A stretch of DNA of 45,488 nt from a bacterium (lineage in GTDB: Bacteria; JAJRZV01): the NCBI GenBank assembly GCA_024275095.1, contig JAJRZV010000054.1, positions 1-45,488 on the forward strand, read 5' to 3'. This document shows, piece by piece, positions 18,743 through 28,327 of the stretch. Below the pieces are notes generated by a model. That model was not told the DNA's origin. It saw nothing but the letters and a program-made list of their open reading frames with translations, and searched no databases. Position numbers and translations under genes: made by a program. Position 1 is the first letter of the stretch, and every line of letters begins with the position of its first letter.

Positions 18743-21412
18743 CTACTTCTCAGCAGCCAGCCTTCTCAGCACATATTGGAGGATGCCTCCGTGAATAAAG
18801 TATTCCACTTCCACCTCGGTATCCAGGCGCGTAAGCACTGAAAACTCTATAGCAGAACCATTTTCTCTGACAGCCTTCACCTGCAGGGTCTTCTGAGGTG
18901 CTATGTCCTTGATACCGTAGATGTAAAACTCTTCACTTCCGTCAAGCCCCAAACTCTCCCATCCCTCTCCTTCCTGAAACTGAAGGGGAAGCACGCCCAG
19001 TCCCACAAGATTGCTGCGATGAATGCGTTCAAATGATTGAGCAAGAACAGCCCGGATACCGAGCAGTCTTGTCCCTTTGGCTGCCCAGTCACGCGATGAA
19101 CCTGTACCATACTCTTTACCTGCCAGCACAATGAGGGGCACCCCTTCCTCCAAGTATTTCATCGCTGCTTCGTACACAAACATTTCTTGCTTTTCAGGAA
19201 ACTTAATCGTGAATCCACCCTCCTTGGGAGCAACGAGCCTGTTTTTGATACGTACGTTAGCAAAGGTCCCCCGCATCATCACCTCGTGATTGCCCCGACG
19301 CGAACCATAGGTATTAAACTCCTCAGGTCTAACCCCCTTTTCGATCAGGTACCGGCCTGCTGGATAGTCTGACGGAATAGGTCCCGCGGGTGAAATGTGG
19401 TCGGTGGTTACAGTATCACCAAGTACCAAAAGAGACCGTGCATTTTCAACGTCCTGAGGCGATGGGACCTCAAGGGAAAGCCCTTCAAAAAACGGAGGCC
19501 TCTGGATATAGGTGGAGGCAGGGTCCCAGTGATAGGTCTCTCCCGTGGGTGCTTCCAGTGCCTGCCATCTTTCATCACCCTCAAGCACCTTACCGTACTT
19601 TTCAGTGAACATATCTGGCGAGAGAAGTCCATCAAGAATTTTCTGTATCTCCTCGCGCGAAGGCCATATATCTTTCAGATACACATCATTGCCGTGTTGA
19701 TCCTTGCCTATGGGTTCACTGGTGAGATCCAGATCTATTCGGCCAGCAAGCGCATAAGCAACCACAAGCATTGGAGAAGCAAGGTAATTGCCCCTTATGA
19801 GCGGGTGGATCCTGGCTTCAAAGTTACGATTGCCGGAGAGCACAGAGGTCACATAAAGACCTTTTTCTTTTACGGCTTTTTCAATCTCGGGAGCAATGGG
19901 TCCGCTGTTTCCGATGCATGTAGTACATCCATAGCCGGCTATATTGAAACCAAGTCTTTCCAGATACTCCAGAAGTCCTGCTTTCTTTAAATATGCCTCC
20001 ACCACACGCGAGCCTGGTGCAAGTGAGGTTTTTACATACGCAGGGATCTCCAGACCCTTCTCTACAGCCTTTTTGGCAACAAGACCAGCACCCACAACCA
20101 CGTAAGGATTGGAAGTATTGGTGCACGAGGTAATGGCTGCAATCACCACCGCACCGTCAGCAATTTCCACCTCTTTCCCATTGATGGAAATCCTTGCCGA
20201 ACGTTTATCGCTTCCATCCTGACGGGTGCCAAGAAACTCTACAAACGCTTTTTTCATTTCTTTCATGGGAATGCGGTCCTGTGGGCGGGACGGTCCTGCG
20301 AGAGAAGGTTCGACTGTGGACATATCCAGTTCCACAACTTCCGAATATTCAGGCTCTTCCTCTCCTGTGTAGTACAGCCTCTGTTCCTTGGCGTACCGCT
20401 CCACCAAGTCTGCTGCATCCTCACGCCCTGTCAGGCGCAAAAAGCGGACTGTCTCTTCATCAACAGGAAAAAATCCTGTGGTTGCCCCGTATTCGGGCGC
20501 CATATTGGCGAGTACTGCACGATCAGGCAAACTCATGGATTTCACTCCAGGCCCAAAATACTCAACAAATTTGCCCACCACCTTGTGCTTGCGCAGAAGT
20601 TGGGTAATGGTAAGTACCAGGTCGGTTGGAGTGACTCCTTCCGGAAGTTCCCCGTAGAGGCGAACACCCACCACCTGGGGAATGGCCATGTAATAGGGCT
20701 GGCCGAGCATCGTCGCTTCCGCTTCAATACCACCAACACCCCAACCAAGCACACCAATACCATTGATCATGGTGGTATGGGAGTCGGTTCCGATAAGGGT
20801 ATCGGGAAAGGCAACAGTCTCCCCCTTAACTTCCCGTGTCATAACAACACGTGCTAAATACTCTAAATTGATCTGATGAATAATGCCCGAACCCGGAGGA
20901 AAAATGCGCATGTTCTGAAAGGCTTTTTGTGCCCATTTGAGAAACACGTAACGCTCGCGGTTGCGCTCGTATTCTTTTTCCATATTCTTGTGTAGAGCAT
21001 CCGGTTCGCCGTAATGGTCTATCTGCACCGAATGGTCAATGATGAGATCTACGGGTATCAGCGGATTGATTTTCTGTGGAGACCCGCCCAGAGCTGCCAT
21101 GGCATCGCGCATGGCTGCCAGGTCCACCACGCCCGGCACGCCGGTGAAATCCTGCATAACCACACGCGCAGGATAGTAAGCAATCTCCCGCGGCTTATCA
21201 TACTTCTGTTTCCAGTTGGCGATTTCTTTCACATCTTCTTCTTTCACTATACGTCCGTCCATGTTGCGCAAGGCATTTTCCACCAGCACCCGAATGGTGA
21301 AAGGCAAACGTCCGATTTTTGCAATGCCCTGCTCCTCGAGATAAGGCAGGCTGTAAATGGCGTATTTTCTGCCGTTAACCTCGATGTACCGCTTTGCACC
21401 TTCCATGCCCAT
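18743..21412 (-). CDS. acnA: Aconitate hydratase A
   Basis: QDFTGVP, IDHSVQ, GTDSHT, AAITSCTNTSNP, GYGCTTCIGNSG, TTDHISPAG and GSSRDWAAKG. Confidence 0.98.
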   Translation of the reverse strand: MGMEGAKRYIEVNGRKYAIYSLPYLEEQGIAKIGRLPFTIRVLVENALRNMDGRIVKEEDVKEIANWKQKYDKPREIAYYPARVVMQDFTGVPGVVDLAAMRDAMAALGGSPQKINPLIPVDLIIDHSVQIDHYGEPDALHKNMEKEYERNRERYVFLKWAQKAFQNMRIFPPGSGIIHQINLEYLARVVMTREVKGETVAFPDTLIGTDSHTTMINGIGVLGWGVGGIEAEATMLGQPYYMAIPQVVGVRLYGELPEGVTPTDLVLTITQLLRKHKVVGKFVEYFGPGVKSMSLPDRAVLANMAPEYGATTGFFPVDEETVRFLRLTGREDAADLVERYAKEQRLYYTGEEEPEYSEVVELDMSTVEPSLAGPSRPQDRIPMKEMKKAFVEFLGTRQDGSDKRSARISINGKEVEIADGAVVIAAITSCTNTSNPYVVVGAGLVAKKAVEKGLEIPAYVKTSLAPGSRVVEAYLKKAGLLEYLERLGFNIAGYGCTTCIGNSGPIAPEIEKAVKEKGLYVTSVLSGNRNFEARIHPLIRGNYLASPMLVVAYALAGRIDLDLTSEPIGKDQHGNDVYLKDIWPSREEIQKILDGLLSPDMFTEKYGKVLEGDERWQALEAPTGETYHWDPASTYIQRPPFFEGLSLEVPSPQDVENARSLLVLGDTVTTDHISPAGPIPSDYPAGRYLIEKGVRPEEFNTYGSRRGNHEVMMRGTFANVRIKNRLVAPKEGGFTIKFPEKQEMFVYEAAMKYLEEGVPLIVLAGKEYGTGSSRDWAAKGTRLLGIRAVLAQSFERIHRSNLVGLGVLPLQFQEGEGWESLGLDGSEEFYIYGIKDIAPQKTLQVKAVRENGSAIEFSVLTRLDTEVEVEYFIHGGILQYVLRRLAAEK

Positions 21413-21524
21413 GGCTGTTAACCTCCTTCAAGTAATGGGATTTTCATTGTAAATAGTGCCTTCACAATGGGCAATGATTTTGAACAGCGCGAAAAGAGAG
21501 AAAAAGCAGGGCAAAATCACTCAT

Positions 21525-22676
21525 TCACTCTTCCATTCTTATCAAGAAAAAAGGCGCAATCACCGAAATGCCGCCTGCGATGAGAAAGGGTAGTCTGTAA
21601 CCACCGGCCTGGGCTACTGCTCCATAAAGAATAGCACCGATAAATGAAGCGGCAGTGATGACTGTTCTGAAAGCCCCCCATACGCCACCCACTTCCTGGG
21701 AAGGAAATATGCGAGAAGCCATTACCCGCATGGCCACGAAAATAAAAGCATCTCCCAGTTCATGTAAAAGCCTGAAACAGAGAATCCCGGAAAACCCCTG
21801 TGAAAGAGCCATGAAAATGTTTCCTGTCCCGGAAAGCATAAGCCCCAGAATGTAAAGCGAACGACCTTTCTTCAACTGTTCTCCCACCCTCCCGCCTGCA
21901 ATCCCACCTGCACCCAGAGAAAGCATGGCCAATCCCATAGCAAGGCCCATCTGTCCACCGGAAAGACCCACCTCCTTCATGAGAAAAAGCCCGAGCGCGC
22001 TTACTTCTGCTCCAAAATGCATGGTGTGAAGAAACATTGCACATGCCAGGAGCAGGAAAGCCCTGCTTCGTATGTGCTGCCTGTAAGAAGGCTTACCCAC
22101 CTGCACGTGGACGGAAGGCATGCACCAGAGGGTCAAACCTGCTGCGAGAATGCTGAACAGCGTAAGGCCTCCATACAATGAATGAAAACTCACACGCCCC
22201 ACGATATAACCCATGGTTACATACCCTAAGGCCATGCCCAAACCGCCGACACCCGTAAAGTAACCAAACGCCCGGAAGCGATTCCCTTCAGGTACTGACT
22301 TCAGAAAAAAAGCATCTGCACCCATGCGCGCAAGTGTGCTTCCCAGAGCTCCAAGAACATAAGCAGTCACAAGTAATAAAGGTGAAACAGCTCCTAACAA
22401 AAGCACAGGGAAAAAACAAAAAACTACAAAACCTGCAGATGTGATGGCTCGAACGGAAAATTTGTCAGTAACAACTCCTGCGGGACCTGAAAAAAGCAAT
22501 CCTGCAATGTAAAGTACGCTGGCTATGACACCGATCTGACTGCCAGTGTACCCCAGGGCCCCAAGATACACAGGCGTATAAACGAATACCGGATAAAACA
22601 CCCATACGAGAAAAGCCACGAGATATGCCCACGATAACGAAACAGAAAGGCCTTCAGCGGATGAGTTCATACGCAA
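21525..22676 (-). CDS. MFS transporter
   Basis: About 12 hydrophobic segments, motif-A-like GVVTDKFSVR and a two-fold repeat. Alternative ATG at 22670. Confidence 0.85.
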   Translation of the reverse strand: MRMNSSAEGLSVSLSWAYLVAFLVWVFYPVFVYTPVYLGALGYTGSQIGVIASVLYIAGLLFSGPAGVVTDKFSVRAITSAGFVVFCFFPVLLLGAVSPLLLVTAYVLGALGSTLARMGADAFFLKSVPEGNRFRAFGYFTGVGGLGMALGYVTMGYIVGRVSFHSLYGGLTLFSILAAGLTLWCMPSVHVQVGKPSYRQHIRSRAFLLLACAMFLHTMHFGAEVSALGLFLMKEVGLSGGQMGLAMGLAMLSLGAGGIAGGRVGEQLKKGRSLYILGLMLSGTGNIFMALSQGFSGILCFRLLHELGDAFIFVAMRVMASRIFPSQEVGGVWGAFRTVITAASFIGAILYGAVAQAGGYRLPFLIAGGISVIAPFFLIRMEE

Positions 22677-23550
22677 GCCATCCCTGTGGAGAAATCCTCC
22701 GCTGAATTATCCGGAGTTGACCCTGAAAATACTTTTCCAGGGGAGGCTCTTCACCTTTCATTATTCCTGTAATAAAGAGGCGACCACCTGGTCTTGTAAG
22801 CTCTGCCAGAGCATCAAAAACACGGAGCAAAACAGGCGTAAGCATATTGGCCAGCACAATATCGAAAGAACCTTTTACGTGCTCTACTCCTGCACATGCA
22901 ATTTTCACTTGGTTTTCAACACCGTTGAGGTGAACATTAAATCTGGCCACGTGCACAGCCCTTGGTTCTACATCCACACCCACAACTTTCCTCGCTCCCA
23001 GGGACACTGCGGCTACAGAGAGGATGCCTGTACCACAACCCGCATCCAACACACGACTATTGTGGAAAAGACCAGAGTTTTCATCCATCCAGCTCATAAC
23101 CAGTTGTGTTGTCTCATGAGCGCCATTTCCAAAAGCAATGCCTGGTAGCAACGCGATTTTACCTGTTGTGACATCGGGGGATTCCCATGGAGGAACGAGT
23201 AAAAATCGCTCACCTATTCTGCGCCCGGGGTGATTTTCATGATGATGAGTAACATCTTTCTCTTTCACTACCCGTACAGAAACGGTGCCAGCCGGGATCT
23301 TTTCCCTCAAATACTTTACAGTTTCCTTTGATGTAAGGGGGAAATACCCGTAAATCACGGGCTTTTCTTCAGGCGAAATAAAATCCGGATGAAAACACAA
23401 TCCCTTCTTCTCTTCGAGGTATACTCCCTGTGATCCTGCACTCAACAACAGCAACGCGATCTCCACAGGATGAGCAGAATAATCCCTCACCCCTACTTCT
23501 AACCACTCCCCCTGCCCCTTCTCTTTCAATGGACTCGTGAACTTTTTCAC
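22654..23550 (-). CDS. prmA: Ribosomal protein L11 methyltransferase
   Basis: VPPWE, PGIAFGNGAHETT, VLDAGCGTGIL, GVDVE, FDIVLAN and ITGI. Confidence 0.9.
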   Translation of the reverse strand: MKKFTSPLKEKGQGEWLEVGVRDYSAHPVEIALLLLSAGSQGVYLEEKKGLCFHPDFISPEEKPVIYGYFPLTSKETVKYLREKIPAGTVSVRVVKEKDVTHHHENHPGRRIGERFLLVPPWESPDVTTGKIALLPGIAFGNGAHETTQLVMSWMDENSGLFHNSRVLDAGCGTGILSVAAVSLGARKVVGVDVEPRAVHVARFNVHLNGVENQVKIACAGVEHVKGSFDIVLANMLTPVLLRVFDALAELTRPGGRLFITGIMKGEEPPLEKYFQGQLRIIQRRISPQGWLAYELIR

Positions 23551-23845
23551 CTTCCCCCGCCAGAGTCATTGTAATACATATGACAGGACAAGATGCAACA
23601 AATAGCGAAATTAATGCCAGAGCATCTGAGTGCACATAAAAAGAAGTGGCGTCCTGGTCAGACATTGCAAAAAACGACATGAGAAACCAGGCATCCACGC
23701 GCAAACATCCGCCGGTATTTAAAAAAGTTCTCAAAAAACGCTTGCTTTTTACATAACTTCTCAAACCAGCACTTCTGTCCTATAAAAACCGTAAAACATA
23801 CCCCAATTTTTCTTGACTTGAACCAGCTCGATTGCTAAAAGTGAA

Positions 23846-23867
23846 ATTGACTGACTGTTCAATCAAT
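23846..23867. promoter_or_regulatory. Palindromic operator (TetR/FadR-like) upstream of SCP2
   Basis: ATTGACTGA-CTGT-TCAATCAAT: 9-bp arms with 1 mismatch. A TTGACT -35-like hexamer lies upstream at 23813-23818. Confidence 0.55.
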
Positions 23868-23891
23868 AAAACCTTAATAGGAGGTGGTGCC

Positions 23892-24227
23892 ATGGCAGAC
23901 CTCACGCCGAGGAAAGTTTTTGAGGAGATCATCCCGGAGCGGATGAAGGAGAACCCGGACCTCGCCAAGTCCATCAATGCCACTTACAAATTCGTGGTTA
24001 CTGGCGAAGGCGGAGGTACCTGGGTGGTGGATCTCACAAAAGAGCCTCCAGAAGTCAGAGAAGAAGACACTGACGCTAACTGCACAATCACCATTGCAGC
24101 TGAAGATTTCGTCGCAATGCTGGAAGGCAAACTGGATGGCCAGATGGCCTTCATGACCGGCAAACTGAAAATTGCAGGCGATATGAGTCTGGCAATGAAA
24201 CTCGGACAGATCCTGAAAAGAGGTTAA
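23892..24227 (+). CDS. SCP2 sterol/lipid-binding domain protein
   Basis: GEGGGTWVVDL, CTITI, AFMTGKLKIAGDMSLAMKL. ATG at 23892 follows SD AGGAGG. Confidence 0.93.
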   Translation: MADLTPRKVFEEIIPERMKENPDLAKSINATYKFVVTGEGGGTWVVDLTKEPPEVREEDTDANCTITIAAEDFVAMLEGKLDGQMAFMTGKLKIAGDMSLAMKLGQILKRG

Positions 24228-24240
24228 TGCTACCATTTGA

Positions 24241-24280
24241 AGGGGCGGTGGTTATTCCGCCCCTCTTCATCCTCTCTTTC
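24241..24280 (+). terminator. Hairpin after SCP2 (weak terminator or mRNA-stabilising stem)
   Basis: AGGGGCGG-8 nt-CCGCCCCT followed by a pyrimidine-rich tail that is not poly-T. Confidence 0.55.
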
Positions 24281-24311
24281 TGTAACAATTCAGTACAGGG
24301 TTATAAGTCCA

Positions 24312-25490
24312 GTGTTAAAAGGAATTCGCATTCTTGACTTCACCCGGCTTCTCCCGGGGCCCTATGCCACACTCATACTCAGGGCCATGGGAGCGGAGGT
24401 TATTAAAATTGAAGACCCCCGCACGGGCGATTATATGCGATGGATGCCTCCGCAGGCCAAACGCTACAGTGTCATATTTGATCTCCTCAACAGGGGCAAA
24501 AAAAGCATCTGCCTGGACCTGAAACACCCAAAAGCTCGAGAAATTATTGAAAAACTTGTGCACTCTGCCCACGCCCTCATGGAACAATTCAGGCCAGGGG
24601 TCATGGACAGACTGGGACTGGGTTATGCTCACCTTTCCAGCATCAATCCCTCCCTGGTCTACTGCTCCATAAGTGGATTCGGGCAATCAGGTCCCCTGGC
24701 AGAGAAGGCAGGACATGACCTTAATTACATTGCACTCGCAGGTATCCTGCAGGTCAATGCAAATGGAAATGATCATCCGGTATTACCACCTGTTCAAATG
24801 GCTGACCTCACAGGAGGACTTTTTGCAGCACTCGGCGTACTGGGCGGAATCATTGAAGCGCAGCGTACAGGAAAAGGTCGGTATCTGGACGTGGCAATGA
24901 TGGAAACAGCTCTCGCATTCATGGCGCACCATCTGGCAGTATCAGCTCTCACAGGTGACAACCTGAAACCCCGGGGCATGGAACTTACAGGATCAGTTGT
25001 GTGTTATAACGTATACCGCACAAAAGACGACCGCTTTATCACCCTTGCAGCCTTGGAGCCGAAATTCTGGAAAGAATTCATCGAGGCCACGGGTGCCCGA
25101 GAACTTGCAGGAGAACAGTTCGCACCTGCACGCGATGGTGAAGAAGCTTACGAAAAAGTAAAAGCACTGTTTGCATCACGCACACTTAAAGAGTGGGAGG
25201 AACTTTTCCAAAAATTCGATGCCTGCGTGGCACCTTCACGCACACTTCAGGAAGTGCTCAACTGCCCTCATCTTTCAGAACGCGGTATGTTCCAAGCATG
25301 CGCGGCAGAAGAGGGAGTGACCTGCACGTTTCCTGTCATTCCCCCGGCCACACCCGAGGAATACCGCAAACTTGCTCCAGCACCTCATCCAGGTCAGCAC
25401 ACGCGTGAAATACTCCTGGAACTTGGATATAATGAAGTCCAAATTCAGGAGTTTGAGGGGGAGGGTTTAATTAAAAATGGGCAGACCTAA
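24312..25490 (+). CDS. CaiB/BaiF family (class III) CoA-transferase / acyl-CoA racemase-like protein
   Basis: LKGIRILDFTRLLPGP, GAEVIKIE, NRGKKS, FRPGVMDRLGLGY, GHDLNY and APHPGQHT. GTG start at 24312 is inferred. Confidence 0.93.
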   Translation: MLKGIRILDFTRLLPGPYATLILRAMGAEVIKIEDPRTGDYMRWMPPQAKRYSVIFDLLNRGKKSICLDLKHPKAREIIEKLVHSAHALMEQFRPGVMDRLGLGYAHLSSINPSLVYCSISGFGQSGPLAEKAGHDLNYIALAGILQVNANGNDHPVLPPVQMADLTGGLFAALGVLGGIIEAQRTGKGRYLDVAMMETALAFMAHHLAVSALTGDNLKPRGMELTGSVVCYNVYRTKDDRFITLAALEPKFWKEFIEATGARELAGEQFAPARDGEEAYEKVKALFASRTLKEWEELFQKFDACVAPSRTLQEVLNCPHLSERGMFQACAAEEGVTCTFPVIPPATPEEYRKLAPAPHPGQHTREILLELGYNEVQIQEFEGEGLIKNGQT

Positions 25491-25860
25491 GGTACTCATA
25501 GTAGACGATAACCCTTCGGTTGTTACCCAGGAAAAGCAGATGTTGTCGGATTTCAACTTCGATATTATTACCGCCGCTGATGGAACCGAAGCTATCAAAA
25601 AGGTTACCACGGAAAAACCATTTCTCGTGCTTCTTGACCTCATTCTCCCAAAAATCAACGGAGACGCTGTGTGTAAATACATTAAAGAACATCCCGAACT
25701 TCACGATACGGCGGTAATCATCGTCACATCAAAAGATGATCCTAACTATCTTGAAAGATGCTTTCGTTCTGGATGTGATGCCTATGTTGTCAAACCTCTT
25801 CATAAAGACGATCTGAACAAAAAAATACGAATTATCATGCAGGAAAAGGGTCTCGATTGA
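25477..25860 (+). CDS. Single-domain response regulator (CheY-like)
   Basis: VLIVDD, LLDLILP (phospho-Asp), IVTS and YVVKP. Confidence 0.9.
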   Translation: MGRPKVLIVDDNPSVVTQEKQMLSDFNFDIITAADGTEAIKKVTTEKPFLVLLDLILPKINGDAVCKYIKEHPELHDTAVIIVTSKDDPNYLERCFRSGCDAYVVKPLHKDDLNKKIRIIMQEKGLD

Positions 25861-27218
25861 GTGAGCTCAAGCATGCAACCGTCGCATTGTTAGAGCAGAT
25901 AGACTGGCAGGCGGTTCGGGAAGAGAGTGCCCAGCTCTTATCCAGGTACGTAAAATTCGACACCACCAATCCTCCAGGCCGGGAGAAAGAAGCCGTTGAA
26001 TTTATGGCTGACTTTCTTACAGGCGAGGGTATTGCGTGTCGTGTCGAAGAAAGTGCACCTGCGAGAGCCAATCTCATCGCAGAGTACGGACGTGGTGAAG
26101 AAACGGAAATCATACTCCTCAGTCATGCAGACGTGGTTCCAGCGGTGGAAAAGGACTGGAGCCATCCCCCGTTTTCAGGTGCTGTTGCTGATGGGTACAT
26201 CTGGGGCAGAGGGACCCTTGACTGTAAAGGGCTTGGAATTATGGAAGCGCTGGCCCTGGTGCTTTTAAAGCGTGCAGGTATAAATCCATCCAGGAAAGCA
26301 CAGCTGATTGTTGTTGCAGACGAAGAAGCAGGAGGCAGATACGGTGCACATTACGTAACCGAAGAACTCGGAGAAGGGAGAGGAGCAAAATACCTGCTCA
26401 ATGAGGGTGGAGTGGGAACCGACGGGGTACTGGGAAACCTCAAGGCGTTTAATCTCTGTTACGGAGAGAAAGGACCTTTGTGGTTGCGTATCACTTCTCA
26501 CGGACCGCCAGGACACGGTTCAGTACCCACTCCTGAAAATGCGAACGTGCGTCTGGTGGAAGCACTGACTGCTTTTCACAAAAGGCGCCCTCGCTTCACT
26601 GTGCTGGACAGCCATCTCAAAGCACTCAGAGAGGCCGCGGAAAGCATGGGGGGATTAAAAGGTGTACTGCTGCGAATACTCAGCACCTCTAAATTTCTTG
26701 CATCACTGCTCCCTCGATTTTCTTCCAGCCATTACCTGAGAGCCATGTACTGCAACACTGCGGCTCTTACCATGCTGAAGTCAGGTTACAAAGAAAACGT
26801 TATTCCTGAACGAGCGGAAGCTGTGATGGACGTGAGGCTTTTGCCAGGAGAAAGTGCAGAGGCATACGTCGAAGAACTGAAGGCATTTCTCTCACGTTTT
26901 GGTTCTTTTGACGTGGAGATTATAGCTGCACATGAGCCCTCGTGTTCCACTCTCGAAGGGCCTTTCCTGCAGGCGGTCAAACGCGTTCTTTCACATTTGT
27001 TTCCTGAAGCTGTTTTTATGCCCGTGCTGGCCACAGGATTTACGGACTCCCGTTATTTCCGCCATCACGGCGTGCAGGCATTCGGCCTCATCCCGGCCCT
27101 TTTTACCAAAGAACAAATCGACTCCATTCACGGTATAGACGAAAAAATATCCATCCGGCAAATGGAAGACGGCACCAGAACAATATTTGCCCTTCTCGCA
27201 GAGCTTCTCCTCCCATGA
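25857..27218 (+). CDS. M20/M25/M40 family metallo-hydrolase
   Basis: SHADVVP, GRGTLDCKG, DEEAGG, NEGG, GHGS, TDSRYF and HGIDE. Confidence 0.92.
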   Translation: MSELKHATVALLEQIDWQAVREESAQLLSRYVKFDTTNPPGREKEAVEFMADFLTGEGIACRVEESAPARANLIAEYGRGEETEIILLSHADVVPAVEKDWSHPPFSGAVADGYIWGRGTLDCKGLGIMEALALVLLKRAGINPSRKAQLIVVADEEAGGRYGAHYVTEELGEGRGAKYLLNEGGVGTDGVLGNLKAFNLCYGEKGPLWLRITSHGPPGHGSVPTPENANVRLVEALTAFHKRRPRFTVLDSHLKALREAAESMGGLKGVLLRILSTSKFLASLLPRFSSSHYLRAMYCNTAALTMLKSGYKENVIPERAEAVMDVRLLPGESAEAYVEELKAFLSRFGSFDVEIIAAHEPSCSTLEGPFLQAVKRVLSHLFPEAVFMPVLATGFTDSRYFRHHGVQAFGLIPALFTKEQIDSIHGIDEKISIRQMEDGTRTIFALLAELLLP

Positions 27219-27304
27219 AATCACCTTTTCCTTCAAGCGTAAACTTTTATAAGGGGTATCTTCGTAGTAATATTTTTTGAGAACGTTCTGGAGTTACACC
27301 AACT

Positions 27305-28270
27305 ATGCGAGTAAGAGAACTGATATTACGCATAAATCCCCGCCTCTTTGAGCCTCTGCTCCTGGTGGCAGGCGTGCTTTTGCTGGCATATGGACTGGCA
27401 CGAGCAGTGAATTACACGATCGAGGCCCGGCTCGCGCGCACCTATTACACCGTCGCAGCAAAAGAAAAGAAAAAAGAGTTCATGCCCAAAAAAAGCAGGC
27501 GTCATGGAAAAAAGAAAAAATCAGTACCCCAGTGGAAACGCATTGTTCAAATTGACCCCTTTAAGGTCATGCCCCAGAAGGAAGCTTCCAAACCAGCCGA
27601 ACCCGAAGAAGAGGTGATTTCTCCACTCAACGCGGTACTTTTAGGAACGATCGTCGGTTCAGACCCTGAATGGTCCTATGCAATCATCAGAAACAATAAA
27701 GGTCAAACAGGCGTGTACCGCCTTGGAGAAGAATTCTCTTCGGGAGTCACCATTGCCCGAATAGACACCGACAAGGTGGTTGTAATCCGCAAGGGGAAAC
27801 GCGAAATTATCCCTCTCTTTGAAAAACAAAAAAAAGGTGCAAAAGCCGAAGAACGAAAATTTTATCCTCGAGAACGCGCTTCCTCCACGCGTCCAAGGCC
27901 CCCACGCAGTCGTTTTAGAACTCCAGAAATTACAGTGGTGCAGGAAGACGAAAACCATTTTGTCCTCGATGCAGAAGAGGTACAAAAAGCGACCGAAGAT
28001 ATGGGTCAGCTCCTCACGCAGGCCCGTATTGTGCCTTACGTAAAAAATGGAGAAACTGTTGGATATAAAGTTTTTGCCGTTCGTCCGGGAAGTATTTTTG
28101 ATAAGATTGGTTTGAAAAACGGCGATGTGATAAAAATGGTTAACGGCATGAAAATTCAAAGTCCTCAAGAAGCTCTTGAACTTTTCCGCCAGTTAAGGGA
28201 TGAGTCGGAATTTGAAATTACAATTGAACGGGGCAACGAGGAGAAAACGCTTTATTACACCCTGAGATAG
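27305..28270 (+). CDS. gspC: Type II secretion protein C with a PDZ domain
   Basis: N-terminal TM segment, HR domain (LLGTIVG...AII), C-terminal PDZ (ARIVP...GYK...PGSIFDKIGLKNGDVI). Lies directly upstream of a secretin. Confidence 0.88.
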   Translation: MRVRELILRINPRLFEPLLLVAGVLLLAYGLARAVNYTIEARLARTYYTVAAKEKKKEFMPKKSRRHGKKKKSVPQWKRIVQIDPFKVMPQKEASKPAEPEEEVISPLNAVLLGTIVGSDPEWSYAIIRNNKGQTGVYRLGEEFSSGVTIARIDTDKVVVIRKGKREIIPLFEKQKKGAKAEERKFYPRERASSTRPRPPRSRFRTPEITVVQEDENHFVLDAEEVQKATEDMGQLLTQARIVPYVKNGETVGYKVFAVRPGSIFDKIGLKNGDVIKMVNGMKIQSPQEALELFRQLRDESEFEITIERGNEEKTLYYTLR

Positions 28271-28327
28271 CAATGGACAAAACAGTGCATATGAAAGGAA
28301 AATAAAAAATTTGAGACAGGAAAAAAA

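Noticed and set aside
23369-23764. 131-aa minus-strand ORF upstream of prmA
   Set aside because: Overlaps prmA out of frame and runs through an A-tract-rich divergent promoter region.
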